From Candidatus Sericytochromatia bacterium (GTDB taxonomy: Bacteria; Cyanobacteriota; Sericytochromatia; S15B-MN24; VGJW01), in the NCBI GenBank assembly GCA_035285865.1, contig JAYKHS010000022.1, forward strand, positions 32,001 to 96,000: a stretch of DNA of 64,000 bases, in the 5' to 3' direction. Positions 55,201-64,000 of the stretch are shown piece after piece. The notes under the pieces are model-generated. The model was not told the DNA's origin and did not search any database. It was given only the letters and a program-made list of their open reading frames with translations. Numbering within the stretch: position 1 is the stretch's first letter; the number at the start of each line of letters is the position of its first letter. The position numbers were made by a program, and so were the translations under genes.

Positions 55201-56448
55201 TCAGATGTACCGGTCGATCAGCTCGAGCAGGGCAATCCAGGGCTTCTGCGTCCAGGGCACATTGATCTCGGCCTCGGTCACGGCCGGGGTCGCGGCCCAG
55301 TCCGGATCGCAGACCTTGCCGCGGAAGTCGGAAACCGTGCGGGGGTTCGTCAGGATCAGGTCGAGTTCCTGGTTGTTCTCGAAGGTCAGCGTGTCGGCGT
55401 TGGATGAGCCGACCAGCAGGAAGGCGCCATCGACGGCCGTGTACTTGATGTGGGCGTAGCTGGCGTTCCACCAGTGGAACTTGACCCCCTTGGGCATGGC
55501 CTGACGCGCCGACCAGATCGCCAGCTTCTCGATGGCGGAGTGGGATTCCTTCGTCAGGATGACCCGGACATCGACACCGCGCTTGGCCGCCTTGATCAAT
55601 CGGTCGATGACCCGGTCGTCCGAGAAGAACGGATAGGCCATGTCGATGCGGCTCTTTGCCGAATCCAGGGCGCGAAGCAGCACGCCACGGATTTCCTCTT
55701 CGCGACCCCGCTGGCGGGGGCTCGTCACGCACATGCCGATGGGTTCGTTGCCATAGCTGCCGACAGGGGCAGCGGGGACCTCAAGCTTGCCGCCCTTGCC
55801 CAGCGCCCAGTCGGTGGTGAACTCCTCGTGCAGCTGATGAGCGGCCTGGCCCTGAACCTTCCAGAGCATGTCGTGGGCGTGGTCGAAGTACTCGTCGCCC
55901 AGATTCATCCCGCCCGTCATGCCCTTGTCCCCGTCGACGAGGTAGAGCTTGCGGTGCGTAATGTTCAGGCCGTGCCCGGTCTTGCGCAGGAAGGGAAAGG
56001 GACCGTAGACGATGGTCGGCACGCCGTTGTTACGCAGGACCTTGGCCGTGGCGGTACCGATGGACTTGGCGCCGATGTTGTCCATGATGACCCGGACATC
56101 TACGCCTTCCTTCTTCTTCGCGATCAGCAGATTCGTAAGTTCGCGCGCCTTGTCATTGTCGGCGAACTCGAAGGTTTCCATCCAGAGGGTCTTGCGGGCG
56201 CTGCGCAGCAGGTCGATCAGCACGGGGTAGGCCTCACGGTCGGGGTGGACCGTCAGGCTGTTGTTCCAGGTCACGGGCTGACCCATCGCCGGTTGCAGGA
56301 TGGACTGGATGGCCTTGGCCTGGACGACTTCGGCCTGCGACATCGTCGCGCGACCCATCGGGGCGACGGTCGCCACGGGCTGGCCGCCGCAGCCTGCGAC
56401 GAGCACTGCTGCGAGGGCGAGAAGGGAACGACGGACCATCTGGACCAA
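55201..56448 (-). CDS. Phospholipase D / cardiolipin synthase family lipoprotein (paralog)
   Basis: HRKLYLVD and HIKYTAVD HKD motifs; lipobox VAGC; colinear with 53813-55060. Confidence 0.9.
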   Translation of the reverse strand: MVQMVRRSLLALAAVLVAGCGGQPVATVAPMGRATMSQAEVVQAKAIQSILQPAMGQPVTWNNSLTVHPDREAYPVLIDLLRSARKTLWMETFEFADNDKARELTNLLIAKKKEGVDVRVIMDNIGAKSIGTATAKVLRNNGVPTIVYGPFPFLRKTGHGLNITHRKLYLVDGDKGMTGGMNLGDEYFDHAHDMLWKVQGQAAHQLHEEFTTDWALGKGGKLEVPAAPVGSYGNEPIGMCVTSPRQRGREEEIRGVLLRALDSAKSRIDMAYPFFSDDRVIDRLIKAAKRGVDVRVILTKESHSAIEKLAIWSARQAMPKGVKFHWWNASYAHIKYTAVDGAFLLVGSSNADTLTFENNQELDLILTNPRTVSDFRGKVCDPDWAATPAVTEAEINVPWTQKPWIALLELIDRYI

Positions 56449-56575
56449 GACCTCCGGAAAGGTGGGGTGAAGCCTCCACCAAGAAGGTCATACCGCGGTT
56501 AAGGTCCGATGAGGGCGTCCCTGTTGAATCTTGACGGTCATTTCAAGAACAGTTAACGCCTTGTGTACGCCTTGA

Positions 56576-59124
<2,549 letters not shown>

Positions 59125-59128
<4 letters not shown>

Positions 59129-59712
59129 GGCCGGATCCCCTCCTTCAGGAGCTGTTCGCGCAGCAGTTCACGGCCGCGGAAAAGTCGCGTCTTGACCGTG
59201 CCGACGGGCAGGTCGAGGATCTGCGCCATGTCGTCGTGGGACAGATCCAGGACATGCCGGAGGACCAGAGGTTGGCGGTAGGCCATCGGCAAGCGGCCAA
59301 GCGCCCGATCGATGACCTCCCCCAGGCCGGCTGCCTCGGCCAAGGCCTCGGGACTCCGGCTGGCATCAGCCAGCGGCTCGAATCCGCTTTCGGCAAGCTC
59401 CTCAAGGGAATCCGCCTGCCTGCCCCCCAGCATGTCGGTCGCCAGATGGTTCAGGATGCGCAACAACCAAGGCATGAACCGCTCGGGCTCCCGCAGGCGC
59501 GGCAGGGCACGGAAGGCACGGATCAGGCTCTCCTGCACCAGGTCCGCTGCCCGATCATCGTCGCCGCAGAGGCGTCGCGCCACCTGCCACAGCCGTTCCT
59601 GCACCTCGCCGACAAGCGCCCGGAAAGCCCGCTCGTCTCCGGCCTGCGCCGCACGGACCAGAGCCGTCCGATTCGTTCTCTCCCCGGTCCTCGGGCGCTT
59701 CAGGAGGTTCAC
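59125..59712 (-). CDS. ECF RNA polymerase sigma factor
   Basis: GDERAF, ADLVQE, FMPWL, LP...R, GTVKTRLFRGR. Confidence 0.93.
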
Positions 59713-61004
59713 GTCTTCATGACCCCCGGTCGGCCACGAAGGTTTCCTCCGACCGGTCTAGTCGGGGTGGGCCCGAGCGGTCGGGCGAGGGTCTCGGGCG
59801 CAAGGCCCTCGCGCAGGGCGATGCTCAGGCCGGCGGCCTCGGGCCAGGACGCGGCGTGCAGGCAGGAGAGGCCCAGTGCCTCCGGCGTGACGTCGAGAAC
59901 ACCGGGATTTCGCACGGCAAGCAGGCTGAGGCCCCTGCTCGCGGCAGCCAACGTGCCGCTGCCCCCCGCAGCCGTCGCGGGGAAGACGAGCAGGCCTTCT
60001 GCCGGCCACGCATCGGCTGTTCCCGGCGGCACAGGGACAGGGGCGCGTTGCAGGCCCCGCAGGATGCAGAGCAGGTAGTCGAGGCCCAATTCCTCGGCAG
60101 CCCCGCGTGGGTCCACCGGATCGCAGGAGGGTGGCAGCCACGGGGCGTGGGCAGTGGGCATGCCGAGGGCACGTCCGACCACACGGGACAGCATCGCTTC
60201 GAGGCCACCGATGGGATCGGGGCCGCTGCCGCTCGCGTAGGCTGCGTCATGCAGGGCCAGAGCCGACATGTCGCTGACGATCGCCAGGGCCGTTGCACCT
60301 TGCGAACGCAGTCTGCATGCCCCATCGATCAAGTCCGTGGCGTCCTCGACGCTGCCAACACTTCGTCCACCGGTGCCTCGGGCAAGGCTAAGGCGCAGGG
60401 GCTGCGCCATCTCGTCGAGCAGCACGCGACCTCCGCCTACGGTCCGGAAGGCTCCGAGGGCGTTCTCGATCGCGATGCGGCCGCGCTCCGGCAGCCCCGC
60501 ATCCAGAAGGACCCCTACCGTGTGGGCACGCCGAGGCAGGAGGTCCCAGCGGCCGGCGAGCCAGCCGTCCAGCAGGCCACCTTCGACGTAGGCCAATTCG
60601 TGCGGGGCCCAGTTCAGCGCAGCGGCATTGACGGCATTGGGGTGGGTCACGCAGCGATCGGCCGTGGCTGCGAGCAGGCGTACGGCTGGCGTCGCATCCC
60701 CGGCGAATCCGCCGGTCGCAAGGCCAAGGCCTGTCGGCGCGAGGATGGTAACGGTCCACGCCTTGTCGGAGCTGGCACACATGCCAGGCTCGGGCAGGGG
60801 GGGCAGATCGAGGCCCGGCCCGGCCTCGAAGGTCTCGAAATGCCAGATGGCCTCGGCAGCCTTCACTACGGCGGCGTGGAGGCGCGTGCCTCCGGACTCC
60901 GGGTCCGGCAGCATCGTCTCGGGGTCGGGCGGTGGAGCGAAAGAGGGCGCCGGTACCGTGAGCAGGCGGGGACGCACCCAGGCGTCAGGAGCGGCCTTGG
61001 GCAT
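59709..61004 (-). CDS. DUF3326 domain protein
   Basis: PTGLG..GGFAGDA, THPNAVN, YVEG, DPIGGLEA, AHAP, DPRGAAEELG. Confidence 0.8.
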   Translation of the reverse strand: MPKAAPDAWVRPRLLTVPAPSFAPPPDPETMLPDPESGGTRLHAAVVKAAEAIWHFETFEAGPGLDLPPLPEPGMCASSDKAWTVTILAPTGLGLATGGFAGDATPAVRLLAATADRCVTHPNAVNAAALNWAPHELAYVEGGLLDGWLAGRWDLLPRRAHTVGVLLDAGLPERGRIAIENALGAFRTVGGGRVLLDEMAQPLRLSLARGTGGRSVGSVEDATDLIDGACRLRSQGATALAIVSDMSALALHDAAYASGSGPDPIGGLEAMLSRVVGRALGMPTAHAPWLPPSCDPVDPRGAAEELGLDYLLCILRGLQRAPVPVPPGTADAWPAEGLLVFPATAAGGSGTLAAASRGLSLLAVRNPGVLDVTPEALGLSCLHAASWPEAAGLSIALREGLAPETLARPLGPTPTRPVGGNLRGRPGVMKT

Positions 61005-61467
61005 CCTCGTCACTGTCCCGGAAGAGGGCATCGAGATCCAGCAGGATGATCAGGCGACCCTCGTGCTTGCCGAGTCCCGAGATGTGCGGGGAGTGCTGCT
61101 GGAACTGGATCGTGGGTGGGTCGATCTGACCGCGTTCCAGCCAGACGACCTGCTGGACGGAGTCCACCTGGAAGCCGAAGCGCTCGTCCTTCCATTCCGT
61201 GATGATGGTGGCGGAGGCGGCCGGAGCCTCGTCCTTGAGTCCGAACCAGACCCTGAGCTGGAACACGGGGATGACCTCGCCACGGAGGTTGATCAGGCCC
61301 GAGACATGCGCGGCAGATCCGGGAAGGCGCGTGGGGCGACGTGTGGTGATGATCTCCCGGACGTGACCGATGGGCAGGCCATAGACTTCTTCGCCCAGCT
61401 TGAAGGTGACCAGCTGGAGCTTTCCTTCTACTGAACGGGAGCGGTTGGCAGCGCCGGTCGCGTTCAT
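60985..61467 (-). CDS. cheW: Chemotaxis adaptor CheW
   Basis: QLVTFKLG, GLINLRGEVIPV, GFQVDSV, LIILLD. Confidence 0.93.
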   Translation of the reverse strand: MNATGAANRSRSVEGKLQLVTFKLGEEVYGLPIGHVREIITTRRPTRLPGSAAHVSGLINLRGEVIPVFQLRVWFGLKDEAPAASATIITEWKDERFGFQVDSVQQVVWLERGQIDPPTIQFQQHSPHISGLGKHEGRLIILLDLDALFRDSDEDAQGRS

Positions 61468-62261
61468 TTGCGCCCCTTGGGCGTCGCCACGCCGTCCGAC
61501 GTGATGCCGAGGTAACGATGGATGTGTCCACGCAGGCGCAGCGCAGCCTGAGTGTGGATCTGGCAGACCCGCGATTCCGTGACCCCGAGGACCTGCCCGA
61601 TTTCCTTGAGCGTCAGGCCTTCCTTGTAGTAGAGCGCCAGCGTCTGTCGCTCGCGCTCCGGCAGGCGGTCGATGGCATCGGCCAACTCCTTGCGGAATTC
61701 GTCTTCCTCCAGGACGTGGGCCGGACCCGGCCGATCATCGGCCATCGTGTCGAGCCACGTCATGGACTGGCCGTCCTCGCTGCCTTGGATCATTTCGTCC
61801 AGAGACAGGAAGGGGCTGGTCTCCCGAGCCATGGCGTGGCCCAGCTCCGTTACGCTCATGCCCAGCCGGCCGGCCAGCTCCTCGTCGGTGGCCGGTCGCC
61901 CCAGGCTGGCCTCCAGCTGCGCCATTGCTTCCGCGATTTCACGGCCCCTGCTGCGCACGGAGCGGGGCACCCAATCCTGGCTGCGCAGCTCGTCGAGGAT
62001 GGCGCCGCGGATGCGTGTGCCTGCGTAGGTTTCGAATTTCACGCCGCGTTCAGGTTGAAACTTCTCGACGGCCTGGATGAGCCCGATCAGGCCGTAGCCG
62101 CAGAGGTCTTCGGGGTCGAGGGTGGCGGGAAGGGTCAGCGCAAGACGACCCACGACATACCGGACCAGCGGCATGTAGTGGATGATGAGCTGCTCCCGGT
62201 CCTTGCTGTCACCCATCCGGATGAACCGCGACCAGAGCTCAGGAGCCGGGGTGTCGGCCAT
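61464..62261 (-). CDS. fliA: FliA/WhiG (sigma-28) sigma factor
   Basis: KFETYA..RIRGAILDELR..DWVPRS, LTLKEIG.VLGVTESRVCQIH. Confidence 0.96.
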   Translation of the reverse strand: MADTPAPELWSRFIRMGDSKDREQLIIHYMPLVRYVVGRLALTLPATLDPEDLCGYGLIGLIQAVEKFQPERGVKFETYAGTRIRGAILDELRSQDWVPRSVRSRGREIAEAMAQLEASLGRPATDEELAGRLGMSVTELGHAMARETSPFLSLDEMIQGSEDGQSMTWLDTMADDRPGPAHVLEEDEFRKELADAIDRLPERERQTLALYYKEGLTLKEIGQVLGVTESRVCQIHTQAALRLRGHIHRYLGITSDGVATPKGRK

Positions 62262-62328
62262 CCCACCTCGCTTGCGATGCCTTGTTGCACCCAATCATAG
62301 CCCGGTCATCCATCGCGGGGCAACCGGA

Positions 62329-62565
62329 CTACTCGCCCTGCGCCCCGGACTCGGGACCCTTGGTCGCCTTCTGGTCCAGCAGTTCCGGCGGGGGAACCTG
62401 CGCCAGCACCACGTCCAGCGCGAACCCGAGCAAGCCCCCCATCAGCGAGGCCAGCAGGCCCCTGTAGGCACTCGTCCCGAGCGTTGCGCCGCCAAGCAGG
62501 GAGAGGCTGCCCACGAGCACCAGCGCACCTGCGCCGAGGACAAGCGTCCAATCGCGATGCATCAT
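62329..62565 (-). CDS. Small two-TM hypothetical protein between cheD and fliA
   Basis: Two hydrophobic helices; ATGA overlap with cheD stop. Confidence 0.6.
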   Translation of the reverse strand: MMHRDWTLVLGAGALVLVGSLSLLGGATLGTSAYRGLLASLMGGLLGFALDVVLAQVPPPELLDQKATKGPESGAQGE

Positions 62566-63071
62566 GTCGGCTGATCCATCCCGGCTACCTGCCAATCGAG
62601 CACGGGATGGCCGGTCTGGCCCGGGTACGCCACCGAGACGGCTTGCCCGCAATCGGCCACGATCAGGTTCCGGCTGAGCGTTCCGCCCACATCCCCCGCG
62701 ACGATGGCGATGCCGAGTTCCCCGAGGGTCGCCTGCGCGGCGGCCACATTTCTGGGACCGATGGCCGGTCCGCCCCCGAAACCGCGGAACATGCGGGCTC
62801 CGCCGGCCACCAGCGCCTCGAGCGAGGTCGGCCGTGCCCCACGGGCCTCGAGGGCTTCGGCCATGGCTGCGATGCCCGTGTCGACGAACTTGTCCGGGTT
62901 GTCTTCCGGTACACCGTCGGCGCGAATGGGCAGCATGAAATGGCCGACGCCAACCAGGGGCTTCGAGACGGCACGGAGAATCACGGCGACACAGCTTCCC
63001 AGGCCCACGATGCGCCACGTCTCGGATGCCGCATCAGCCGTGATCCACGAGGCCATCGGCACATCCCTCAC
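62562..63071 (-). CDS. cheD: Chemoreceptor glutamine deamidase CheD
   Basis: GLGSCVAV, HFMLP, GGARMF, IGPRN, DVGG. Confidence 0.92.
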   Translation of the reverse strand: MRDVPMASWITADAASETWRIVGLGSCVAVILRAVSKPLVGVGHFMLPIRADGVPEDNPDKFVDTGIAAMAEALEARGARPTSLEALVAGGARMFRGFGGGPAIGPRNVAAAQATLGELGIAIVAGDVGGTLSRNLIVADCGQAVSVAYPGQTGHPVLDWQVAGMDQPT

Positions 63072-63691
63072 CGCAGTGCATCCAGACCCAGGGCTGCAAA
63101 CATCTTCGGCAGGAACGAGGCGGGCGGCAGGAAGACCAGCAGGACGCCGCATCCGGGAACGGCGGGGACTTCGAGACGACCTTCGAGGGTCACGATGGTC
63201 TGTCCGGCGAGCTGGATCTCGGCAGCCAGGGAATCAAGCACCGCTCCAGCCTGGTCATGCGCCAGCAGCGGGGCGCTGGGGCGGAGATCGAAGCCCGTCA
63301 GTTGCGTCAGAGCGCCGACATAGGCGGAGGTCAGGATGTTGCCGATTTCCGCGAGCGTCGACTCCGCGAGTTCGTCCATGTCCTGTCCTGCAGGACGATT
63401 CGGCAGCAGTACGCCAACAAGGCGCCGCGCTTCTGCCTCGCGGACCAGGAGCGCCATGTGGCCTTCGAGGTCACCGGAGACCATGAGGTAGATGGCCCAG
63501 ACCATCGCCTCCCGGCCACCCAGCAAAGTACCGATCTCTCCGAGGTCGCTCAGGTTCGCGCTGGGGACATCCATCCGTACCGGGTGCCCGATCAGGGCCG
63601 ACAGCGAGGACGCAGCGTGGCCGGCGCCCATGTTGCCCATCTCGCGCAGGGCATCGAGCTGAAGTTCGGTCAGGCGTCGCGGTTCGGTCAA
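63068..63691 (-). CDS. cheC: CheY-P phosphatase CheC
   Basis: DALREMGNMGAG and STLAEIGNIL (two ExxN sites). Confidence 0.93.
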   Translation of the reverse strand: MTEPRRLTELQLDALREMGNMGAGHAASSLSALIGHPVRMDVPSANLSDLGEIGTLLGGREAMVWAIYLMVSGDLEGHMALLVREAEARRLVGVLLPNRPAGQDMDELAESTLAEIGNILTSAYVGALTQLTGFDLRPSAPLLAHDQAGAVLDSLAAEIQLAGQTIVTLEGRLEVPAVPGCGVLLVFLPPASFLPKMFAALGLDALR

Positions 63692-63702
63692 GGTTCCGGG
63701 CC

Positions 63703-64000
63703 TCAGGCCACCGCCGAGGCGTCGAGGATCAGCGCGATGCGCCCGTCGCCAAGGATGGAGGCGCCGCTGACCTGGCCGATGCCGCCGGCCAGCCGGCTGA
63801 TGGGTTTGATGACCACTTCCTGCTGGCCCAACAGGCGATCCACGAGGAAGCCCGTGCGTCGCGAGCCGACCCGAACGATCACGACCGATGCCTCCTGGCC
63901 CGCGGTACCGCCCGGGACATCCAGCGCATCGCGCAGGCGACGCAGGGGCAGGCTCTGGCCACGCAGCATGGCCATCTCCTCGTCCTGAACGGACTGGAGG
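63703..64000 (-). CDS. cheA: Chemotaxis kinase CheA, C-terminal P5 domain (partial)
   Basis: LRGQSLPL, VDRLLGQQEVVIK, GASILGDGRIALILD. Confidence 0.92.
   Translation of the reverse strand, partial: LQSVQDEEMAMLRGQSLPLRRLRDALDVPGGTAGQEASVVIVRVGSRRTGFLVDRLLGQQEVVIKPISRLAGGIGQVSGASILGDGRIALILDASAVA

Overview
GC-rich (~70% by eye) chromosomal segment with about 59 densely packed genes and no rRNA, tRNA, CRISPR, phage or IS features that I can support. It holds housekeeping genes (DUF212-tlyA-nadK, ndk, glgP, radA, prmA, nrdR, addAB, ligA), a TamB-like envelope protein, a sugar ABC importer, a four-flagellin cluster and the end of a cheA-cheC-cheD-fliA-cheW operon that runs on into DUF3326 and an ECF sigma/anti-sigma pair. 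TamB, DUF3326 and DUF4127 together with Firmicute-style CheC/CheD, SpoVS and AddAB suggest a flagellated diderm Terrabacterium, possibly a non-photosynthetic cyanobacterial relative such as Ca. Sericytochromatia (inference only). Most notable: (1) a coupled lipoprotein pair of a CX4CH cytochrome c-like protein and a PHM/DBH-type copper monooxygenase whose CuM Met appears replaced by His; (2) an NrdD-like glycyl-radical-fold protein lacking several RNR catalytic motifs; (3) a flagellin array with sigma28 vs sigma70 promoters, CsrA-type GGA hairpins and a 21-bp phased GACATAA repeat; (4) at least seven apparently leaderless genes; (5) several degenerate signalling or enzyme domains. Protein calls come from recognising motifs by eye, not from database searches, and many starts were re-chosen from SD or -10 context.
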